A program made the position numbers and the translations under genes. From positions 17,518,457 through 17,582,456 of the forward strand of contig OZ316897.1 of the NCBI GenBank assembly GCA_973895155.1: a stretch of DNA of 64,000 nt. The letters are read 5' to 3'. This document shows, one piece after another, positions 38,116-49,994 of this stretch. Source of the stretch: Marsupella aquatica (Eukaryota > Plantae > Marchantiophyta). The notes below the pieces were generated by a model. That model saw nothing but the letters and a program-made list of their open reading frames with translations, had not been told where the DNA came from and did no database searches. Position 1 is the first letter of the stretch, and each line of letters starts with the position of its first letter.

Positions 38116-39064
38116 GATTGTTGGCTATTTGGTGTGCATTGGCGGGAGTACTCTAGGGACTCAAGTCATGATAGAGGGCACTCTGAGGGCTATACAGCAC
38201 TTTAACCCCCTAAGAAACCACAGATTATTGAGCATAAAACCTCGCATAAAACCTCAAGTGTAGTTCTGCTTATTATCTTGCTTATTATAGGAATTTAACT
38301 TTTACCCAAGACTCATAACCCCAAGCTAGGCTTACACGGTTATGGCTGACCACAGTGAAAAATATTTTGCAGAGAAAACTATACCTGGTATATGAGAATC
38401 TAACATTCCTGGACTAATAAATGTTATTTCTGGGCTCTCACAAAATAGGAATGATGTCTTCCAAATTCTTTTCCACATCATGAACTCCTATCAGAATATA
38501 TACTATGTCTTTACCAAGGGGTTGGTCACAGATGACTCAACTAATAAGCCACACAATCATCATTATCTCTAAGTTAGTACCAGGTGTGTACCATATTAGG
38601 GCTGATCACATATGATTAACTAAGTGACACACATCTCTCCACCTCATGTTTTTCTACCAGCTGCTCCCTTGTTTCTTGGCGTTAGAATTCCCTTCTTCTC
38701 CCTTCGCTCGAGTCCTTTTGAGCTTGTTCACGACCTAACTAAATCAAGAGGAGATGTCACTGTAACCCCATCCAAAGCCAACGGAGAACAAGCCAGTATG
38801 TCAAGCCAATACAATCCACCAAATTCCAGGTGGGGCAAAAGCGCAAGTTAAGGGATGCCGCCAAAAAAAAGTTGCTTATGGAGTTAGGTCAATTTCAAAG
38901 CCACTGTCATCATGATTTTAGAGGAGCTTGATGGTCCATCTCCAAACCAGTAAAGACAAAGCCCGATTATGTTACAGGTAAGATTGCTTTCTTCTAATTA
39001 AACATCTTTGTTACACATTTAGATCAATTTATATTGATATATGACATAGAGCCCATACCTTAGT

Positions 39065-39510
39065 TTCTTCTTCAGAGTGGCTGGGACTCACAGTACTTCT
39101 CTGCCATGCCCAAGTTATCTATGACACGGAACAGATTCCAACACAATAGGTATCACAGAGATAGGTTAGTTAGCAATTGGAGCAAGGCAGACCACAACTG
39201 GCGGGACTGTTCTTTGCCCAATTCTGAAAAGTTGAAACATAGTGTTTTGGTTGGGAAGGCTAGGATGATCCCTATCACTGCCAAGATTAGACATAGATGG
39301 TGTTTTGAAAGCGAGGGAGATGGGTGGAGCAGTAGGATTTTGAGACAGGATTAGGTTTGTCCCCGGGGCTTGGTTCCTCGGTGGTAGTGTTGGGTGTGAT
39401 GTTCTCCGCTTCCCCTGGTCAGGGGGGGGGGGGGGCTTGTTCATGTGTCGTCGGGTGGTTCTGCCCTCAATTGCTATGAAGTTGCACGGTTTCATTTAAA
39501 TAGAAAAAAG
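39065..39510 (+). mobile_element. 5'-truncated non-LTR retroposon (LINE-like) insertion
   Basis: Exact 17-bp TSD AGAGCCCATACCTTAGT (39048-39064, 39511-39527); A-rich tail ATAGAAAAAAG; ORF remnant ending KIRHRWCF...* followed by a G-rich 3' UTR. Confidence 0.8.
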
Positions 39511-42500
39511 AGAGCCCATACCTTAGTAATAAATAGCAAACAGAGCCTAGAGTTGGGGTGTAAGCTTCTAGAGTGAAACCCCTAGACCTAGAGCGCCACC
39601 AAATTGATGTCTAGGGAAAGAAGTATTAGTATGATATTAAGTTTCTCAATAAAGATGAACATCCATGATGATTTTTGTCATTGTGTCTATTCATATTGAA
39701 AGAATGGACATTCAAGCTCGTTACATACAAGAGCACGATTGTCTGGGTGGGGAACTAACTTGAGACCTCCTGGTATAGAGTTACCATGTTATTGCAGTTA
39801 ATCTGACCGTAGTCAGGTGTTTTGTTAAGGTTAGATGTGCTACTTTTACAGTCACCATCAGAACTTAGTTTCATTGTTAAAGAGCTACAGTAGTTGAGAG
39901 ATAGGGAGACTTTAGTCTATGCAGACTCGATATGGCCAAGAACTTAGAGTTTAGTAAATCTTCTTGTATGTTCCCGTTGGTGAGGTGAGCCACATATCTC
40001 CAATGTCAACTACTTGTGTGTTTGTCAGATATTGCACATGTGCATGTTGCCCTGAGTAGTGGTTGTCTGCTCTACAATGAGGGAGAGGGTTGCCAAGGAA
40101 GAGAGGAGGGGAAATAGAGGAAAAGAAGGGGTCCTGAAACCTGTAAGCTCACTCGATGTGCTACCATGTCCCCCAAGCAAGCACAACTGGTTTTCACAAC
40201 AAAAATAATATAGACAATCAACCTGACAATACTTTTGCAACAACAACATGACCGCAACCACAACACGGCTTGGTCAACCCCAACATGGCTGAAGTGATGA
40301 CATTACAACCACCTGGCGGCAACCTATTTATAAATTTGACAACCATTCAACCAGAATGATGTTACACTTAAGCATGAACAACATAGTTGCAATGAAACCC
40401 ATCCAAAATGACAATATACTTCCACTACACGAAAGTAACTATGAAGTGACCACAACAAGATGATGGCTGCAATGAGAACTATTCGATGACATGCAATGGA
40501 GAGATATTGAGCTAGTAGTCGTATCTACCTAGTAGTCTATAATGACTATGATGTTTTGGGTGAAATTGCCACCTTGTCTACGAGCTTGTCTGCTTTGAGG
40601 GAAAAAAACATTTCTGATAAATGCACATAACAAAAGTAGTACCATGAGGTCTTCTCCACTATGTGGCACAGGCCCACCACCCACGCGTTGGACTTCCAAA
40701 GGAGAGGTGGATAAACTCGCCTGCCTTTTTAATATCACCAGTACACCCGATTCTTTCTTTTATATCGCTAGTACAACTAGTAGGGCTGTTGCCTTTTGAT
40801 ATGTTAAAAGAGAAAAAATCGCTGAGCTATCTCATCGCACCCTGACACCACCCCCCACACGTTAGATGTGATCAACTGAGCCATAATAACTACTGTATGT
40901 GCCCTCCTGTACAAAACGCACTACTATACTACTGTACAGTACTTTAGCCTCGGATGGCGTGGACGTCAGGATCTAGGAGCGCCACTTCTTGGCCATCCCA
41001 TCCACGGATCGTGTCCGTTCGTCTCCTCCAGTCAGCCATACATACATACCATGGCAGCGTGCCATCACTCTGTCCTGCACAGAGTGGCCCCTGACAGGAT
41101 CTGTCATGGCAGGCAGAGGAATGATTCTGTTTACAGTGAACAGTGTAATTATCCTGGATTCCTGGTACAGATTACAGCGGGAGCGCTTCATTCTCGAGAG
41201 TCGACAGAGAGAGAGAGCTCCCGATAATTTGAATTCAAACTGTGCATGACTGGTTGCCGGCACACAGTACGGGTTGCCGGCATCCAGTAATTATGGAATG
41301 GAATGAATTATAAAAGCAGAGTTTACAGCCCGCTATTCCCCCCCCCGCTATCCAACTACGGGACTGTAGATTAGGGAGTAGAAGTCCAGGTCGGTTACCC
41401 TGAGTTTGGCGAAAAATGGAGGTGAGTTGTACCCAAATTTCTGGATTCATGGGCTCAGAACCTCGAACGGGAAATCGTGTTTCAAATCCCTTAGAACATG
41501 AACCCCACCCCACACAAAGAAAGAATGTGAGTGCTCCACTACTTTTGTGGACTGTATCCCAGATGCTGTAAATTTGAGACGGTCAGGTTTAGCGTTGATA
41601 TCCTTTCACCCAGAAGCCACCTCTCTGACCCTGGTCTTACAAAAAGGGGCTGGCTTAATGGGGTAAGGGGCAGACATGGCTTAATGGGGTAAGGGGCAGA
41701 CATAATAGGGTGAGGTAAACTGGGGTGAATGGAAATCAACACTTAGATGTGCTATGTGGAAATGGGCATGACAAGTGTAGTACCAAAACATTAATGAAAA
41801 TCCTCACTCACAAAAATTCCCGGTTTGCCTGCCATTCAAACTAGTCAATCAATCCCCTGTCCTCTGTTATTTATTGGTATTTTCTTCACTAGGATACCAT
41901 ATTTTTAACCAAGTGAGAGCAGACACTATAAAGTTGAGAGAAAAATATAATTAACAATGGTGTCTCAAAGCAATTTTCATTAATGTTTTGGTACTACATA
42001 CCTTGTTGTTCTCAGTGACACTCTAACCATTATCAACGGCAATTCAACATTTGAGCAGTTGACTACTTCAATCTATGGGTGTTGGTAGTATAGGTTGTAG
42101 TCTTGGTGCTCTCATGGCAACTCGTCGCACAACGAATTTCCAAGAGAAACTTTCCATGAGCAATTGTCCAATTGGCTTGCAAATGTGGAAACCATCTCAT
42201 CATTTTAGTTATTTCAAGGAACATTATAATTGGGATATGAACCTGACGTTTAGGGTCTATGGTCTAGAGTAAAGTGTCTAGACCTGGATGCTGGGAGTAA
42301 CTAAAGTTGGGGCTTGGGTGGAACATAGGGTTTGGGGGAAGGGTGACTCTCTGAAAATGGCACAACATGTGAAGAGTCACTAGAATTCAATTTAACTTAA
42401 TGAAAGTACAAAGTACTTCAATGTAGATACCTCTATTTAGGCTCAAAATCCAAACAAGCAATTAGGCTAGTGTGTATATCAAACTCCCAAAAACAAAAGG

Positions 42501-45500
42501 CGCCCAACTGGGGAGGCAGGAGTTGGGCTAGTTGTTCACACATACACTTTAGAAATCTATAAAGAAAAAGTAGCTCCTAGACCATATATGTATACTTCCT
42601 AGACCATCGATTTGATCATCCTCGTAGCAGTACCGCTGGCTGACCCAGAATGAGTAGGATTCCACCTCCTGAAAAAGGCATTGCATGTGCCCGCAATGTT
42701 CGAGCTCATGACCTCCTGCCAGAATGATGCAAGCCACTACTCAGCGTAATAAATGTTTGGCTGGTGCCCATTCAACCTCCCAGCAACGTGCCAGCAATAA
42801 CACAAAACGAACTAGAATCGTTTTAGAATCCTTGAAGGTTCGATCACTGTGAGCCGGTCATCTGAAATTGGACGGTACAGGCTCGCGTTCGGAGGAGAAT
42901 AAACAAATCGACCACATGCGATTTTGGGGAGGAGGAGAGTCGTCGGGACAAATCGCGGGGCCGTTTGTACCCGGCACGGCATTTTACTCCTCAGTCACAA
43001 TCCATGCCTCAGTACGATCACGGGTCAGTGAGGATCACGGGTGATGCGACTTCTAAGACTGCCAAGAGACGTTACATCGCGGGCGGGGAAGAGCACGAAG
43101 GGGGGACCAGTGATAGCGCAGCCACTCTTCTTCCGCCGCGTGTTGCGACTTTACTGGGCCCACCCTTGCCGGACCGGGGAGGGCACATGAGGCAAAAAAG
43201 GACACCCGTCTCAGAGAATGACGAAGAGACGAAACGGAGAAAGAACCGAACCAAAACAGCTGAGCAAAATGCGAATTCGCAGATGCCAGAGTCGAAGGAA
43301 AAGCAGAGCGAGCGAGCCCGCGAGTGAGCGTGCCAACGACAGAGAATGTGTTGAAACTTCAGGGACATACTGTGTTAGTATTTGTGGCCGTCATCATGCT
43401 AAACTCTTTTAGTTGCCGCTACTTAGATGTAATTAATTTACCGTTCGATTAGTCATTTAGTATATTGGTAGATTGACCTACTTATGGTTGCCCATTAGTT
43501 ACTTAGGACAAAATCTGTTTAGGACGTTCACCGTCCATTGGCACTTGTCGCTCCTGCCTGGCAGTTCCATGACCTACGTGGCCTCTGAGTCATCCTCTCT
43601 CAGGTGCTCAACGGACCTGTGCTCTCTGCGTATATTACGCCTCCCCTTCGTGGGTTAATTAAGCTTATTCAGAAATTTCTACAGAATGAACATGACATAG
43701 TTCTATTTCTGTGCAACAACGACGCAGCAACGGAACCAAGCCGAGGGTAACGATTGATCCCACCGTGAGCAACGACACAGCCCGATTTCAAACTCAGATT
43801 CCCATTTCGTGACCTCTGGAAGCCTGTTCTCTGAGAAACATGGCAGCTCCGACGTTCTTCCTTTCAACGGAGTAAGAGTGTGAAATCGAGGTACTGTTGT
43901 TTTTCTGCTACTGTACCTTGACCAACGAAACAGCCCGATTTCAAACTCTTCGTCCCCCCGCGCTCTCCCTCGGGGATTGTACTTTGGGACTTGGCGCTTT
44001 GCGTGCGTCCCTGCCATGTCCAGACATCCGGACATGCTTTCGTCACCTGTGCTGGTTTGAACCCGACCGCCCACGAACTGGATTATTACAGTAGATATTA
44101 GAGAGATGAGCGAGAGGGAGGGAGGATGGATCATAATGCGCGATAAAGTCGAGCGGACGAGCACTGTAAGCGGGTTTTATCCTCCTTCCCGCATTAGTTC
44201 GAAAGTGTTCATTTAAACCGCCATTACACGAGAGTGTGATTCGATACTGTAAAGTGTTTGGGGAGCTGGAGAGAGAGAGCGAAGAAACGGGGATGGAAAT
44301 GGTGAAAGTGATCGTTGAACAGAGTTACAGAGGGCACTACCAGTGCGAGGGATGATTACTTGTGCTGCATTTTAACCCACATTTCATTCAGGACACGAGA
44401 AAGCGAGAGACAGGAGTTGTCTTTAGCACAGCATATCCGGAAGACAGTCGGCATCAGTCTACAGCTTGGGTGGCGTAGGAGGAAAAAGAGAGGAGAGAGA
44501 TTACGAGGACGTTGGTCTGCAAAAGTGCGGTAGTTAGTAGGTAGCTGCCTAGATAGGCTCGAGGAATCCAACTATCTAAGGCGACCAGGCAAATCAAGTC
44601 TAGGCAATGCAGGCTGATAGACCAACTTGGGGCATGCCATGCGAGCGAGACAGACGAGCGGCATATTCCGTTAGCTGAAGAGGGGAGCACATGGAGGATG
44701 GCAGGAGTGGAGAGGCGATATGAATGATGGTGATTACGACGAGCGCAGTGGGGAGGGTGCAATAGAGGAAGAAGTGGGGTTGTCGCCGTTCCGTGGGTTA
44801 GGAAGACCTGGATGGAGGAAGGGGTATTGAGTAGGAGCACGACTGTTTGACGTGTGACATACATGTGCCTGTCCCACGGAGGATAGAGAAATCAATGACA
44901 GATTCCGTTGAATAACTACGTCTGGCAAATTAGTTTTCGCAAGCGGGAGGATAAGCCCAGTCCAAGTGAGGCTTGTCAAGTGAAAGGGCACTCATTGAGT
45001 CCTTGCCCTTCCTGAAGAGGAGTGGCAAGAAGACGTTTAATTCAATTCGTTTCGGGCCTTGAAGGAGAAGGAGACGAAGAAATCAATTCATTTTTCCTGA
45101 GCCTGGAAGATCGGAGATCGAACAGCCACCCGGAAGCAATTATTGTGCATTATTAGGAGGTTGCACTGCCCACGTTATCTTCCTTTTCCCTCCTCTCTTC
45201 TCACTCCCCACGCCATTGTCCCCTCCCTGGTTTTCAGCTTTTGGTGTAGAACTCGTGAGACAGCAGGCATCCTTTCTACCCCTTGCTGCCTGCTTGCGGC
45301 AGTTGGATGTCTGGCTGCGGGTGTGCATCATTTTGCATCATCGTCAGCAGCAAGGGCATGGAGTAGAAGCACACAGAGCTCAGATTGCTCTGTTCATCGG
45401 TTACTGTTCTAAATTCGGAAGGTCCCGAAGGTTTGAACCAAGTGAAGATTCGGTGGTAGTGGTCGTGCTGATATAAAGTACCACAAGCCCGGTACCCCTT

Positions 45501-45670
45501 TCCCCCCTGCCTTGTGTGGTGCTATAGTCCTGGCGTTTGCCCTTCCATCATTTCAGTACACATCTAGGCTTGCGTTGTTCTTCCACCCTTGAAGAGCTAG
45601 GGAGTTGGTGACAGGGTTTTGTAGCACATTATGGTTTGAGTTGGAGGTGAACGAAAGGGAAGGAGCAACG

Positions 45671-48600
45671 ATGGGCAAGTCTACGCGAGGTCCCGCGACA
45701 AAGCCAGGGCCCCCAACGCAGCTTCTGCTCATAGAGCTCAAGCACCGCATTCTAGGTGCTCTACACAAATTGGCGGATCGTGATACACAGCAGATAGCCG
45801 TCGATGACTTGGAGCGAACTGTCCTCACATTGTCTCCGGAGGGAATTTCTCTGTGCTTGAACTGTCTCTATGACACCGATGCCCAGCAGAAGAGCGTGGT
45901 GAGGAAAGAATGCGTGAGGCTGCTCGGGACTCTGGCTGCCGTTCATAAAGATTTGCTGATCCCCCATATGTCGAAGATTGTATCGACCATCGTCCGACGC
46001 CTTAAAGATACGGACAGCAATGTGAGAGATGCGTGTGTTGAGACGATGGGGGTCATCGCTTCTGAAGTGCCGGGAGCGGGAGGTGAGGCTGGGCCTCTGA
46101 ATGTCTACGTGAAGCCTCTGTTTGACGCCATGAGTGAGCAGAATCGGAGCTTGCAAATGGGGGCCGGGCTGTGCCTCGCTCGTGTGATCGAATGCCTAAA
46201 AGACCCACAGCCCGTCCTGTTGCAGAAACTTTGCCCTCGGATAGTGAAGTTCTTTGGCAGTAGTAGCTTCCAGGCCAAGCCTGCGCTTCTTTCTGCCATC
46301 GGCAGTCTATTCCAGGTTTGTGAATTGGGAATCCCCTCCCACGACGATCTAATCCTCCCCTCGGCTTGTCTCACACAGCTGTCTGTCGCCATGCGTCACT
46401 CTTTCGAAATGCATGATTGCTACATTGGAGTCTCATTGTCACCCTTCCCATCCTTCTCGCATAGCTCTCTGTCGCCATGCATTACTGTTTGGAATGGCTC
46501 ATTGCTTCAGTTGATATTGGAGTCTTATTTTCATGACTGTTCTTATTTGTATCGCATTCATTTCTCTGATGCTTTATCTCAGATAATGTATGACGACGGA
46601 GGATCTCGTCACAAATGCCCCTGCGTGGTCTTTCCTCTCATCATCAGGGTTTCCCCATTGGGCTGAGAATCATCGTCAATGGAATGGTTCATAGTGTGCT
46701 ACACTAAGTCTCTTCTGTTTACCAGCCATAATGAGATGGGTCATCATGACCTCGTCCATGCCGCTGTGAGATGCAGGCTTGCATCGTTGGTTTTAACACA
46801 CTGCTGGACATGTCTATGCTTCCGTAACAAATGTGCAGGCAGCTGGAACGGGTGCTGCACAGTTCTTGCCCACGCTCATACCACTTTGCCAAGAAGCTCT
46901 CGAGAGCAGCGATTGGACCACCAGAAAGGCTGCAGCGGACACTCTGAGTCGTCTGGCCTCCACTCTAGGGCCCGCCCTCTTCACGTTCAAGAAAGATTTA
47001 GTAGAAGCACTCGAGTCCTGTCGGTTTGACAAGGTAAGCACAGTCTTTCGTCACATGTTCAATAACTTTGACCATTCATTGAAATTCATCGATGCAAAGG
47101 GCATCTGGTCGGCTTTGTATTTGGTCTCCTCCTTGATGTGCGGGTCAGTAAGGGCATTGAGGTGTACCTTTCTGCACATCGCCATTGTGGAATCCTAGTT
47201 TTGCGTCATCATTTGCAACAATGACATTAGATCGTGCAGTTTTCAGATACCTTCGCTACAGTCGTGGTCGGAAATAGATTTTCGAAGGTTGCAAAGATTC
47301 ACCGTGACCCACCTCTGTTTTGGTCGAATAGGTGAAACCTGTCCGCGACAGCGTTGGGGAAGCCCTCCAACAGTGGAGGTCAATAGCTGAAGGCGGTGCC
47401 CTAAACTTTACTCCAACCCGTAATGCAAAAGGTGAAGGTCTCATCTATTAGAAGAGGACATTAAAGATCTCTTGTAATTTTCAATGATCACGTTAAGCTG
47501 TTCGGAAGTATTCATGCAGTTCAAATGTGGTCAAATGTCCGGTTGTTTAATTCACTCTCGCAAGTTCGAGCACTGACTTGAACTGCTCAATGAATTGCAG
47601 GAGTTCCCGAGAGCCCAAGACACCCTCCTTCCTTGACGCCGTCGAACGGAGATGTGGAAAATTCAAGGGTAGGGGATAAAACCATGGTTCATTCTAGATC
47701 TGCAAATAATGTGGCTGGGATGGAAGGGCCCAGACATAGTTCTGGTCGAGCTAATTCCCGACCTTCGTCTAATAGCCCCCCGAATGGAAGCGCTACGAAA
47801 AGGAAGGCACCAGCGTTGAGTGACAAGAAAATCAACCCTGATTTCTTCCGAAAACTTGAGGTCAAAGGGCCAGATGATTGGCCAGTTGAGATCGGGGTTT
47901 CTCGTGGGGCTGCCCCACCTGCAGCTGAGTCTCCAGAAATCTTCAGTGATGAAGCTGAAGAAGTGAAGGTAGACATAGGCAGACCGGGTGAGGTTGAGAG
48001 GAAAGGGTCAGGCAACGGAACAACCAGAACCTTTTCTTCAGATGGGCATGAAAATTGCGGTCTTAAACCAGGGAGATCCGGAAGTGGGGAGAACCGAGAG
48101 AGCCTTGTTTGGAGGCGGGGAGATTTCACTAGCATGTATCAAAGAGGGGGAGCGAAGCCGGGGATTGGTTCATATGAAGGTAAAGGTCTTGGTGGGCATG
48201 TGAATGTCATCAATAACCCAATACCAGAGATGTTGGAGTCGAATCCATGGATGGCAGCGAAGGACAGAGATGCTGACAGCTGGGATGGTCAGGCCTTAAG
48301 CCCGTCCAGCAGTGCCACTTATGAGGACGATGGGCCGGCTGTGAGCAGTATGGACGAGTGGACTTCAGTGCAGAAACAGCTTCAATTGCTCGAGTTTCAG
48401 CAGCGCAGCCATCTGAAAATGTTCCAGGTTGCTCTTTCGACATCTTTGAATTTGCTAATATCTTTGAATCACTCCTCCAGAATTGTAGTTGTGAGCGGTT
48501 CGAGTTCCTGAGTTACTCATCATCGAATTCTGTCGAGTAACACAGTATCTACTCTCATATATTCAACAAGAAATGCACTTCGTGTGACTGCCTTCAAAAG

Positions 48601-49994
48601 CTTGGAGATCTAACTGTCGTATATTACAGCTGACTTCGTGGAAGTGGAGGCTTAGTCTCTAACACACTTTTTCTTTACCTTGTACGAAATCATTTGCAGG
48701 AATTTATGGCTGACGTCCATCAAAGTATGTTAGAGATGGACTTGAGGATACGGGGTTTGGAAAGGGTAATCAGTTCTGCTCGTGATGTGCCAGCTTCAGT
48801 AAATAGGATAATGAATGGAGGTGCTAGTGGTTTTGATGCTCCTCCTGTTCGGTCCTTGAGTAAATTTTTGGCCAGCTCCCAGAGTTTAAGTGAAAAGCTC
48901 AGGACAGCCGCCAATGCCAGTCGGGCTGCATTTTCAGATAGACAGCCAGGTTTTGGACTTGGAGCAGATATCAGAAGTGGACGATCTTCACCCTGGAAGA
49001 ATGACTCAGATCCTGATTATGACTCTCCATATAGTTCTGCACACAGGACTGGTTCCGCAGGTAGCAATCTGGGAGCTAACGCCTTCAGTTCTCAGCGGGT
49101 GGATTTATCACCTCCCACCATAACATCCTTAAGAGGAGACCACGAAGGGGCAGAGCGAGTGTCGAGCAGGCATGGCTGGGACAAGCCACCTGGACCTGTG
49201 GCTTTTGGAGACAACCACATAGTTAGGAATGTCTGGCAGGCTTCCAAGGATGAAGCCACCTTAGAAGCTATTCGGGGGGCCCCTGTCGCCATAGATGATT
49301 CTAGAATAGGAGTGGGTTCCAAAAAGTCCTCTACTAATGCAGTTAGGAAGAGCTCGGAGAACATCCTTGAAGGTAAAGAGACCTTCTGGATGCTATGGAG
49401 TCGAGCAATGGATTACATACGAGCAGGGGATATGGATGCCGCATATGTTGACGTCATGGCTTCCGGCGATGAGATGTTGTTGATAAGGCTGATGAGTCAC
49501 ACCGGACCTGTCTTGAACAAATTAGCCAGTGGGACAGCTTTGGAGATGCTTCATACTGCCATCCAACTATTGCAACAACAGAGCTTCTTGGATTCAGTCC
49601 TACCTTGGGTCCACCAGGTTGGTCACGTTCCTTCTCTCACCTTCAAGTTTCTTGTGTCTTGTGTTACACGGTCCAGTCTTACAGCAGGGGTGGTGAGATA
49701 ATCATGGAGCAACATTTTTCTCGTCACTGTCGCTGTGTCTTTTCAGCCTCGCTGATCCCAATTAGGAGAAGGATCTCTCGTGATGGGAAAACTCATTACT
49801 TGATCTGACTGCAGGTAGCTGATTTGATTGCAACCAAGGGGTCAGAGTTTCTGGGTCTTTCCCTCGATGGCAAGAGAGATCTCGTGTCTTGCCTTCAAGA
49901 CTCAGCTTCAATGGAGTTTCCCGAGGGCTGGATGGCCAGTTCAGTGGCTGACGTAGCTGCGCAGCTGTGTACAGCATGGTCAATTGACCTCTGA
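45671..49994 (+). CDS. TOR1: TORTIFOLIA1/SPIRAL2-like microtubule-associated HEAT-repeat protein; about 954 aa
   Basis: Exons 45671-46315, 46839-47033, 47332-47431, 47601-48427, 48700-49617, 49815-49994 (sum 2865 nt). Motifs ELKHRILGALHKLADRDT, VRKECVRLL, DWTTRKAAAD, CRFDKVKPVRD, SDKKINPDFFRKLE, WQASKDEATLEAIR, LIRLMSHTGPV. Confidence 0.95.

Noticed and set aside
41205-41230. GAGAGCTCCC resembling the start of miR159/319 precursors
   Set aside because: No matching TTCAGTCCA arm or mature miR319 sequence nearby.
42965-45480. Several 60-150 aa ORFs upstream of TOR1
   Set aside because: No conserved motifs or consistent exon chain; looks like regulatory or UTR sequence.
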